Of a stretch of 64,000 nt of DNA, positions 1-10,710 are shown piece after piece. The notes under the pieces were generated by a model. It was not told the DNA's origin, searched no databases, and saw only the letters and a program-made list of their open reading frames with translations. Each line of letters opens with the position of its first letter. Positions within the stretch are counted from its first letter, which is position 1. Both the position numbers and the translations under genes were made by a program. Source of the DNA: Eledone cirrhosa (lineage: Eukaryota); assembly GCA_964016885.1 (NCBI GenBank), contig OZ024742.1, positions 311,922,001-311,986,000 on the forward strand, in the 5' to 3' direction.

Positions 1-442
1 TTCCCAGCTTGAGCCGGTGGGGCTGGATCGAGGGGACGGCAAAAGGCCAGATGGCATGACTATCTTCCCGTTCCGCGGTGGCAAACCCCTCGTCTGGGAT
101 GCCACTTACACCGACACTTTCTGCAGCCTCAACCTGGTGCAGTCTGCGACTGACCCAGGTTCTGCTACACGTCGAGCTGAGGGGGCCAAACTCCTCAAAT
201 ACCGGTCGGTCTCCGACAGATTTGCGGTCGTTCCCCTGGCAGTGGAAACTTCTGGTGTTCTCGGCCCCAGGGCTATCTCCTTACTCACCACCATAGGCGC
301 TGAGCTGGCCAGCCGCAGATGTGAGCCCCCCGAGTTGGAGTGGCTTTTCCAGCGCGTCTCCCTTGCCGTCCTCCGGGGAAACGCCTTCTCCATTCTGTCC
401 GCCGGGGCTGTGGGTGGGCCCCATCGCGTACCAATACATTAG
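1..442 (+). mobile_element. 3' end of a CRE-like non-LTR retrotransposon ORF (restriction-like endonuclease domain); begins upstream of the window
   Basis: ORF 17..442 has RPDG..WD, K..KY, PLAVETSG and FQRVSLAVLRGNA, the C-terminal RLE motif series of CRE-clade elements. Confidence 0.75.
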
Positions 443-521
443 TTAAATACCATTCTGTCATCTGATACAACACAATAAAGTATATATATACCCTCAATGT
501 TGAACGTTTCGTAAATTACAG

Positions 522-691
522 ATCTGGTAAAGCTTTAATAGGAAAAAATACACCGTCCGGCAGTGGGAAAATGTGGCTTGATGATGTCAAATGTAAAGGA
601 ACTGAAAAATCTCTAAATGACTGTCCTCACAAACCCTGGGGTGCATCAGATTGTACCCATAGTGAAGATGCCGGAGTAGAATGTGTAAATC
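522..691 (+). CDS. Internal coding exon: C-terminal half of a scavenger receptor cysteine-rich (SRCR) domain
   Basis: ttacAG acceptor (520-521) and GTAAGT donor (692); translates [56 protein letters not shown], matching the SRCR pattern GSG.IWLDDV.C.G.E..L..C....WG...C.H.EDAGV.C. Confidence 0.92.
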
Positions 692-884
692 GTAAGTAAA
701 ACTTTACTCCTCTTTCTTACATAATTTTTCGGTTTCCATTAACTTTTAAACACTATTTTTTAAATACTATATTGCACATTTTACATTTTTACGATGAACT
801 GTGGATACCGACAGGAAATTACTTAGTATGATGTTTTTTTCCAAAGTTTTTACCGGCGACGGTTCTTCTCTTCTTCTTATTCTT

Positions 885-1095
885 TGGCAGTATCGGTAGA
901 GCGTCAGACACCATGCTTCGTAGCATAGAATTACGACCCTTTTACGTTCTGAGTTCAAACCCTGCGGTAGTTAGCTTTGCCTTTCATCTTTACGGGGTCG
1001 ATAAAATAAAGTACCAGTCACGTACTTGGGTCGATTTAATCAACTTCCCCCTTTCCCTTCAAATTGCAGGCCTTGTTCCTAAATCAGAAACCATT
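885..1095 (+). mobile_element. tRNA-derived SINE, octopus-type family; about 20 full or partial copies across the window
   Basis: A-box-like TGGCAGTATCGG, B-box-like GAGTTCAAA, body ctttgcctttcatc..ggggtcgataaaataaagtaccag and (TTA)n tail; the same body recurs at about 7600, 8945, 9400, 36910, 38770, 42450, 42800, 48110, 56955. Confidence 0.85.
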
Positions 1096-1123
1096 ATTAT
1101 TATTATCATTATTATTATTATTT

Positions 1124-1417
1124 TTCTTTGAGTCACAGTCATTGATGTTATTTAACTGGAAATTTTGTTGAAATGAGTATCAAGCCACTACCTGCAGCCT
1201 CAGACATTCAGGACGTATCGGAGAGTTCTTGCTGTTCCCAACAAGCATGCCTTTTGAAGTGTTCCAAAAAGCGGGGTTGGACTAATCTTCTTTAACCATC
1301 TTTGGAAACTCTCTGAGATAGTACCTAGTGCGCCTATGACAATCGGGACGACCTTGATTTGATGCAGTTCCAAATCCTTTTCAACTCCCACTTTAAATAC
1401 TGGTATCGGTTAATTTT

Positions 1418-1418
<1 letters not shown>
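1124..1418 (-). mobile_element. R4/Dong-like RLE LINE, short 3' fragment of a diverged subfamily
   Basis: Encodes VVPIVIGALGTIS..LQKACLLGTARTLRYVLNV; 3' UTR homologous to the neighbouring copies; flanked by (TTA)n/(TTC)n. Confidence 0.8.
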
Positions 1419-1516
<98 letters not shown>

Positions 1517-1526
1517 GTTATTGTTA

Positions 1527-3966
1527 TTCCTTGAATCTCAGTCATTGATGTTGGCTAACTGGAAAGTCCGTTGGATTGAATATCAAGCCACTACCTGCAG
1601 CCTCAGATATTCAGGAGGTATCGGAGGGTTCTTGCTGTTTCAAGCAAGCATGCCTTTTGAAGCGTTCCAAAAAGCGTGAAGGGGCCGATTTTCTTTAACC
1701 ATCCCTGGAAACCTTTGGAGATAGTCCCCAGTGCGCCTATGACAATCGGGATCACTTTGACTTCATGGCAGTTCCAAATCCTTTTCACCTCCCACTTTAG
1801 GTCCTGGTATCGGTTAATTTTCTCCCTCTCCTTCTCTTGCACTCTCGTGTCGAACGGGCAGGCCACATCCACAATCAGGCACGATCTTTTTTCTTTGTCC
1901 ACAACCACCAGGTCAGGTCTATTGTGTTCCAGTTTTTTGTCCGTCTGTATCCTAAAATCCCACAGCACCTTCACCTGACTGTTCTCCATCACCGCCTCTG
2001 GCCTATGCTCATACCATTTCTCAGAATGTGGTAGATTGTTTACTTTGCACAGGTGCCAGTGGATCACCCTGCCCATCACATCGTGTCTCCAGCCCTTATA
2101 GTGGTTCTGGGCTAGGTGTTTACACTCGGACACAATGTGAGCCACAGTCTCCTCTCTCTCTCCACAGATCCTGCACAGTGGGCTAGCCTCCTCCTTGTAA
2201 ATATGGTGCTTCAACCACTTCGTTTTGAGGGCCTGCTCCTGCGCAGCCATTAGCATTCCTTCTGTAGCCTTTTTGAGGTCTCCTCTTCTCAACCAGTTCC
2301 ATGTCTGTGGATCTCTAAATTCAGTTTTCTCAAAGAATGTACTATGAAGGGACTTTCCCTTAAGGCTGCTCTTCCTCCTTGATGTTATTTCCTCTTTGGA
2401 CATCCCCTGGCCTACTGTCCCCTCCTTCAGTACAGTTCTGAGCATTGGCTCCTTACTATAGGTCACGTATTTGTATAGGTTGTTTTTCTCCATCTGAACA
2501 CAGTCCTCTATGCTGATAAGACCTCTTCCACCCTCAGATCTCCTTAGGTAGAGTCTATCGACATCACTCCTCTCGTGGAACATGTTGTAGATAGTCAATA
2601 GCTTCCTAGTCTTCCTATCCATTTCTTTTTGTTCAGCAACATTCCATCTCAGAATTCCCGCACTGTACCTAATAATAGACACAGCTCGGGAATTTACTGC
2701 GCTTATGGCATTTCTGCTGTTCAGATGTGACTTCAATACGCTCCTTACTCTCCGAATGTATTCAGTTCTTAACAATTCCTTCATTTTTTTTGTTCTTTAT
2801 GCCATCAGCCTCCAGAACGCCCAAATACTTGTATCCTTCCTCAGAGTCAATTTCCTTTATCATCTCACCTGTTGGTATCTGGATCCCGTTACTTCTGCTC
2901 AACCTACCCCTCTTCATCACAATGACTCCACATTTACCAATACCAAACTGCATACATATATCACTGCTGAAAATACGGACAGTGTCAACAAGCACATCCA
3001 ACTCCTTCTCACTTTTCCCGAAGAGCTTAAGATCGTCCATGAAGAGGAGGTGATTGATGGTAAGCTCTCCCCTTCCCAACTTGTATCCTGCTCTCACTTT
3101 TCGCAGCATAATGGTCAAGGGCATCAGGGCAAGGACAAACAACAGAGGGGACAGGCTATCTCCCTGGAAGATACCTCTCTTGATCTTCACGCTTCCCAAG
3201 GATACTCCAGTTGATGTCAACTCTGTCTCCCAGGACCCCATACTCCTGCCTAGCAACTGTCTGATGTTATCCGCCACCCTGAAGATCTCCAGGCTTTTGG
3301 TGATCCAGGAATGAGGCACCATGTCAAATGCCTTTCTGTAGTCTATCCATCCCATGGCAAGATCAGTGTGTCTCCTCCTGCAATTCCCCATTACCATCTT
3401 ATCAATAAGCAACTGGTCCTTTGTACCACGTGACTTCTTTCGGCATCCTTTCTGTTCGTCCGGTAACAAGTTGTTTGTGTGGAGGTGATGGTAGATTTCC
3501 TCAGACACAATGCTCGTCAACAGTTTCCACATTACGGGCAGACATGTGATAGGTCTATAGTTGGTAGCATCATTACCCTTGATTCGGTCTTTCATTATCA
3601 GAACTGTGGTACCTTTTGTCAACCACTCTGGCACCTCACCCGACACCAAGCATTCATTGAACATGGCCGTCAGCTTCGGGTGGAGGGATGTTAGATGTTT
3701 AATCCAATACCCCTGCACACCATCTGGGCCTGGTGATTTCCAGTTGGTTAGTTTTTTGGCTTGCCCCTTAAGAGTTTCAACTGTGATACTCAAATCAGTC
3801 TGTTGCTGTGCCTGCTCACCGATCTCCCTCTGTACTGTCTCAATCCACCCTGCCTGGGCATTGTGTCTAACATCCTGCTCCCATATTCCTCTCCAGAATG
3901 TTTTAGTTTGCTCCGCCCCAGGGATCAAGTCGTTGCCTCTTTCTTTGCCCTCAAGCTGTCCAAACA
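1527..3966 (-). mobile_element. R4/Dong-like RLE LINE, 5'-truncated; RT + CCHC finger + RLE, one frameshift
   Basis: ORF 2762..4018 has KSPGPDG, YRPITCL, WIDYRKAFD, GIFQGDSLSP, HLLFMDD; ORF 1603..2784 has CRIC..ETVAHIVSEC, RHD, NRPDLVV..IVDVACPFD..EKINRY; sits in (TTA)n. Confidence 0.9.
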
Positions 3967-3999
3967 TTATTATTATTATTATTATTATTATTGTTGTTA

Positions 4000-5108
4000 T
4001 TCCTTGAATCTCAGTCATTGATGTTGGTTAACTGGAAAGTCCGTTGGAATGAATATCAAGCCACTACCTGCAGCCTCAGATATTCAGGACGTATCGGAGG
4101 GTTCTTGCTGTTCCAAGCAAGCATGCCTTTTGAAGCGTTCCAAAAAGCGTGAAGGGGACGATTTTCTTTAACCATCCCTGGAAACTTTTGGAGATAGTCC
4201 CCAGTGCGCCTATGACAATCGGGATCACTTTGACTTCATGGCAGTTCCAAATCCTTTTCACCTCCCACTTTAGGTCCTGGTATCGGTTAATTTTCTCCCT
4301 CTCCTTCTCTTGCACTCTCGTGTCGAAAGGGCAGGCCACATCCACAATCAGACACGATCTTTTTTCTTTGTCCACAACCACCAGGTCAGGTCTATTGTGT
4401 TCCAGTTTTTTGTCCGTCTGTATCCTAAAATCCCACAGCACCTTCACCTGATTGTTCTCCATCACCGCCTCTGGCCTATGCTCATACCATATCTCAGAAT
4501 GTGGTAAATTGTTTACTTTGCACAGGTGCCAGTGGATCACCCTTCCCATCACATCGTGTCTCCAGCCCTTATAGTGGGTCTGGGCTAGGTGTTTACACTC
4601 GGACACAATGTGAGCCACAGTCTCCTCTCTCTCTCTCCACAGATCCTGCACAGTGGGCTAGCCTCCTCCTTGTAAATATGGTGCTTCAACCACTTCGTTT
4701 TGAGGGCCTGCTCCTGCGCAGCCATTAGCATTCCTTCTGTAGCCTTTTTGAGGTCTCCTCTTCTCAACCAGTTCCATGTCTGTGGATCTCTAAATTCAGT
4801 TTTCTCAAAGAATGTACTATGAAGGGACTTTCCCTTAAGGCTGCTCTTCCTCCTTGATGTTATTTCCTCTTTGGACATCCCCTGGCCTACTGTCCCCTCC
4901 TTCAGTACAGTTCTGAGCATTGGCTCCTTACTATAGGTCACGTATTTGTATAGGTTGTTTTTCTCCATCTGAACACAGTCCTCTATGCTGATAAGACCTC
5001 TTCCACCCTCAGATCTCCTTAGGTAGAGTCTATCGACATCACTCCTCTTGTGGAACATGTTGTAGATAGTCAATAGCTTCCTAGTCTTCCTATCCATTTC
5101 TTTTTGTT
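4000..5108 (-). mobile_element. R4/Dong-like RLE LINE, 5'-truncated copy with a frameshift in a (CT)n run
   Basis: Near-identical to 1527-2635; ORFs 4585..5097 and 4076..4651 are split at the expanded CT run near 4625-4637. Confidence 0.9.
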
Positions 5109-5141
5109 ATTATTATTATTATTATTTTTATTATTATTATT

Positions 5142-5345
5142 CCATGGAGGGTCGTGGGGACAGAATACTCGCCTTCCAGGGAGTCCTATCAGAAGCAACT
5201 GTTTCCAATTGAAACCGGCTGCATACCCAAGCAAGACCTACTGAGTTCATGGATGCTACCCAATCATCTGGCTTGTGGTCTACCCCTGGGTCTCCTGCGG
5301 TCTCTTGCACGTAAACCCTGCCCAGGGATTCTTTCCTTAGTGGAT
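5142..5345 (-). mobile_element. Decayed RTE-type LINE 3' end with (TAA)n tail
   Basis: Minus strand reads RARDRRRPRGRPQAR* (RTE C-terminal RPRGRP..RW-like) and runs into (TAA)n at 5107-5141. Confidence 0.5.
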
Positions 5346-6157
5346 ATATATATTTATATTCATATAAAAATGAGAAAACTCATCGCTAGAACAGCCGTTA
5401 AAAGAGCCAAATGCTATCAAATACAGCAATGGGCAAAAATACCTCAGAGGACAGATCAGCGGCTATTGGTCAGCAGCGAGACAATCCAAGAAAAGGAGGA
5501 CAAGGAGAAATGACAGGAATAAGGAAATAGAAAGACGATGTACAAGACAAGTTCACGCACATACACATCTTTACCCTCATCAGCTCTCAAACTAGCAGAA
5601 AGATTTATTTTTGTGTTGCACGATCCAGCATTTTAAAAAGGTACTCTCTATTAAATCGTGCGAAACCATTTTGCTGGTTTGAGAGCTGATGTGCGTGAAC
5701 TTGACTTCTACATCGCTTTTCTTTGTTTTTTTTCTTCTAGTCATCTCTGTGTGCCAACACATTTCTTTTTGTGCTCCTCCTTTTTCAATCTTTTTTTGTA
5801 TTTCATCTGCCTGTCGCCCACATACATACATATATAGATGCATACACAGTTAGGAAGTTACAAGTACAATCCATTAATGGAACAGTAAAAATATGTAAAA
5901 CATTCTAAAAATTCTGCATCTAATAACTGCATATACACTTGTACAGATACAAAGCATATGCACATGCCCACATACAACTCAAAACATCCACATCCACACA
6001 TCCATACCTGCACACACATGCATGCATGCAAAAATGCATACATACCTACCTAGTTGATGTTGTGTAAATTCCAATGAGAGAGTCTTGTATCTATGTTAGA
6101 AACCAACTCTCTCTCTATTGGCAAAAAAATTGTGAAATTATAAAACCAGAAGAATAT

Positions 6158-6281
<124 letters not shown>

Positions 6282-6675
6282 GAGTGAAACTATGAATTTG
6301 CCGTTGAGCTAAAAATCGTATACATATATATTCGCAGGAATTGTCAATGTCTTAATAGCTATAAATTGTTTGAAGTAAAATCGCTTTTCAGAAGAACATT
6401 TATATTCTCATACACACAAAAAAAAAATGATTTACTAAAGGAAATCTAGAGAATTATGCAAACACAAGAGTTACTTGAACACTGGAAAAACAAATATATT
6501 CCCACATATAAAATAGAGACAGAACTTATTAAAACAAGCAAACTATACATATAGTGTACTACCATTCCATAGACCAAACTTTTGGGCCACCGCCCCACCT
6601 AACGGCCGCGTAATAGCCTCAGCGACTCCCACCCCTATTTACAGACAGATCTGCCTACACGCAAATTCTAATTAA

Positions 6676-7561
6676 TCTATATATATAAAACTGTGGTTGT
6701 CTGTCTGTCTATCGATTTTTGGCACACATCTCCTCTTAGAATCTCTCACGGAATTGCACCGAAATTGCTATACTTGTACATTGAGCCCTAGCGAAGACAT
6801 CGGAAAAAAAAATTTCAAATTCACCCACCCTATGTGACGAAATCGAATATAATGTATCGATTTTTGAGCGTAAGTTATCAGTTATTTCCCTTTGTTCTGT
6901 TTACATTGAGCGTCTTACGTAAAAAATTACGCTGACTTTCTCAGCGTTTAAAATGACATTAACACAATACACGAACAGACAGCAAAATATTGACCTGCAA
7001 AATTCATCAGTTCGAACACTAAGCTTCCGTTTTGCTTCATTTCCATTTAAAAGCATTTTAAAACAATATTTTTACTTGAAAACAAGTCTATTTAAAGACT
7101 ACGTAAAACAAGCAAATATTTCGTCGTTAGGCGTGCAGACAGACAGTCGTGCAGAGAGGTGATATAGGCGTGCAGACAGACAGTCGTGCAGAGAGGTGAT
7201 ATAGGCGTGCAGACAGACAGTCGTGCAGAGAGGTGATATAGGCGTGCAGACAGACATAACTGATAATTTGGTTACGCTAATGTTTTTCTCTGCGTTGCAG
7301 TGTTTACATTTTCGATCTTTGTTAATAAATAACCAGTGCAGTTTCTATCCCCAGCATCCTCTTTTGTTATAACATTCGGGTTATCGTTATGTTTTCTTAA
7401 CTTCATAAGGCATATTGTTGGTTGAGGGAATATTAATCAAAAACACCACATGCAAGTCTGCACAGTAGACACTACAGTTTTTAAGCCAAGAAAGAAACTT
7501 AACATTGTAACTTTAACACAGCTACTGAGCGACCCCGAGCAACGCCGGGCTTTACTGCTAG
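6676..7561 (+). mobile_element. Non-autonomous Helitron-like element with an internal 37-bp tandem repeat (7128-7256, about 3.5 copies)
   Basis: 5' A|TCTATATATATAAAA, subterminal hairpin CCCG-agcaacgc-CGGG, 3' CTAG|T; no TSD. Confidence 0.8.
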
Positions 7562-8662
7562 TATATGATAAATAAAATCGTTTATTTATATATAATAATG
7601 ATTTCTAGTATAGGCACAAGGCCAGTAATTTTGGGGGGAGGGTAGAATCGATTAAACCGACCCCAGTACGTTATTGGTACTTTATTTTATCGACCCCGTA
7701 AGGATGAAAGGCAAAGTTAACCTCGACTGGATTTGAATGCAGACTGTAAAGAGCCGTAACTCTATGCTGCAAAGCATGGTCTCCAACTCTCTACCGATAC
7801 TGCTATTCCACCACCCTTTTATATATAATAAATAATACAACATATATTATGTATAAAGAAATATTATATATTTTTTATTTTACTTTATTTATATATAATA
7901 TGTAACATTTGATATTTAATATACTATTATATAATCTCTACCTCCCCAAAGTTGCCTTAGGCTCCAGCGCCTCCTTGGACCTCCTCAACGCACCCCAGGG
8001 ACGGTAGCGCCCACATTGAGAACCTCCGCCATAGTTTCTTAACTCCTGACGGAGTCGTAGGGGCAACCTTGTGATATATGGCGTGTCCTGATTAGCTTGG
8101 CCGAACTCATCCTTCTGCTTGTCTGAATACAGCCGAAAACTTCTTGAGAAAGAGAGCGATTAAAACAAAAAGAAAGTGAGAAAGATAAATAGAAAGAATA
8201 TCAACCTTAGAACTAGACGGATACTTTATTTATCGACCTCTAAAAGACGAAAGGCAAAGTTGAACTATGAGCGCTTAGTACTCAATACTTAAGAAAGTAG
8301 TGTGTAGGTATTCTAATAGTTTTCTGTCCTACATTAAGTCATCCACTGGTTAGTGAATATATGTAGGGACATTATAAATATAGTAGAGTTTATGAAAGGA
8401 AAATTACATGCCATAGCTATTTTTAGTCCAGAGGAAAAGTATAACACTTATTTTACGTTTGTCATCAAATTCTGTCGCAATAACTACACATTCATATATT
8501 AATGATACTTTATATTGCTTTCTGTAGGAATTTAACAATATTGGAAGAGTTTACAAAGCAGTGGAAGATCAGCTGGTACTAAAAGATAGAAGATGATCAT
8601 ATAATCTACCAACGATATAGACCAACGCATTTAGAAAGATATCCGCACTTGCAGGTATCTTA

Positions 8663-8753
<91 letters not shown>

Positions 8754-9163
8754 AAATTCTACATGGCTGAATACAATAAATGAAATCTGAGTTTTTCGAA
8801 TATTAATAATAACATTCGATTCGTTTGCAATTATGCAAACAAGCGTCAATTTATAGCCATGTCAGTAGAATGAACACTTCATTCTTGCTCTTGTGTTCGC
8901 ATGTGAACAGAACTGTTCACATGCCAACAGGCTTGTTTGCATTGGCAGTATCAGTAGAGGGTCGGACGCCATGCTTTCCAGCATAGTTACGTCCCTTTAC
9001 GGTCTGAGGTCAAATCCCGCCGAGGTTGACTTTGCCTTTCATCCTTACAGGGTCGATAAAATAAAGTACCAGTAATGCACTGGGTAATTGCTGGCCTTGC
9101 GCCTAAAGTAGAAACAATTATTAATATTCGAAAAACTCAGATTACATTTATTATATATATATG

Positions 9164-9226
<63 letters not shown>

Positions 9227-9961
9227 ATTTGATGAGATTTGTGTTGTGTTAACACTGATCTGAGGATCGGACAGTCTTGGAGTCTGGTCAAAGGGTGCCA
9301 TCCCAAATCACGAGCCAGTTGCTAGAAAAATTTGTAACCAGGATTGAGCAATAAATCTCCTATGTAACATCTCCAATTTGTTCTTATTATATATATTCCA
9401 GCATAGTTATGCCCCTTTACGGTCTGAGTTCAAATCCCGTCGAGGTTAACTTTGCCTTTCATCCTTACGGGGTCGATAAAATAAAGTACCAGTAATGCAC
9501 TGGGTAATTGCTGGCCTTGTGCCAAATGTAGAAACAATTATTTATGTATATATATATGCCAGGTGGTGCTATAAAGTAAGACATGGCCTGGGCCAATACT
9601 GAAACCTATGAAAGCTATCAAAGTTATATATACATATATATATATTTATATATATATATATATGTATAAAAACAAATAACGAAACGAAATTAAATTTCGT
9701 TTCGTTTGTAACTCACTTTTGTATGACTGACGCTTAAACAATTAAGTTAAAGATGTACATCCATATATGTATACTGAAATACTAGTATGTATATGAATAC
9801 ACACACGTATACATATGTAGATGTACCAAGTTTTTTCACTGGTCACTTTACTGTGAGTGGCCAGCTATTCTGTATGTAAACACACAGACAAACCGGTTTT
9901 TAGAGTCATACTGGTTTTTGAGGAAACACCTTTCCTCTATTCTCCAGAAAGCCAGACAAGG

Positions 9962-10006
9962 AATATTGAACTAGTTTCGTTGTTGTTACAACTCATCAGC
10001 AATATT
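9962..10006 (-). ncRNA. Minimal type I hammerhead ribozyme in the inverted arm of array 1
   Basis: Exact reverse complement of 10666-10710. Confidence 0.85.
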
Positions 10007-10665
10007 TACCTATCTTCCGGCCTCTCTAGAGAATCGTAAAAGCATATATCGTTATATGCTTTTTCTATGAAAATTAGTAGTGGGCAGACTAATTTGCATA
10101 GAGTGTGAGTAAGTACCGGTTCAACGGAGACGATAAAAACAAATAACGAAACGAAATTAAATTTCGTTTCGTTTGTAACTCACTTTTGTATGACTGACGC
10201 TTAAGCTGATGAGTTGTAACAACAACGAAACTAGTTCAATATTCCTTGTCTGGCTTTCTGGAGAATAGAGGAAAGGTGTTTCCTCAAAAACCAGTATGAC
10301 TCTAAAAACCGGTTTGTCTGTGTGTTTACATACAGAATAGCTGGCCACTCACAGTAAAGTGACCAGTGAAAAAACTTGGTACATCTACATATGTATACGT
10401 GTGTGTATTCATATACATACTAGTATTTCAGTATACATATATGGATGTACATCTTTAACTTAATTGTTTAAGCGTCAGTCATACAAAAGTGAGTTACAAA
10501 CGAAACGAAATTTAATTTCGTTTCGTTATTTGTTTTTATCGTCTCTGTTGAACCGGTACTTACTCACACTCTATGCAAATTAGTCTGCCCACTACTAATT
10601 TTCATAGAAAAAGCATATAACGATATGTGCTTTTACGATTCTCTAGAGAGGCCGGAAGATAGGTA

Positions 10666-10710
10666 AATATTGCTGATGAGTTGTAACAACAACGAAACTA
10701 GTTCAATATT
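10666..10710 (+). ncRNA. Minimal type I hammerhead ribozyme (also at 11133-11177, 11600-11644, 12067-12111, 12534-12578)
   Basis: AAUAUUG CUGAUGA GUUGU-AACA-ACAAC GAAA CUAG UU^CAAUAUU: 7-bp helix I, intact core, 5-bp helix II, palindromic helix III, GUU triplet (predicted cut after 10703). Confidence 0.9.

Noticed and set aside
1603-5097. Overlapping + strand ORFs opposite the Dong elements, and - strand ORFs opposite the L1 and PLE ORFs
   Set aside because: Antisense shadows of real TE coding frames with no independent motifs
8528-8596. Possible terminal exon of the SRCR gene after tattgctttctgtAG
   Set aside because: In the phase required by the SRCR exon it stops after two codons (R-I-stop); other phases give short peptides with no recognisable domain, so it cannot be supported without transcripts
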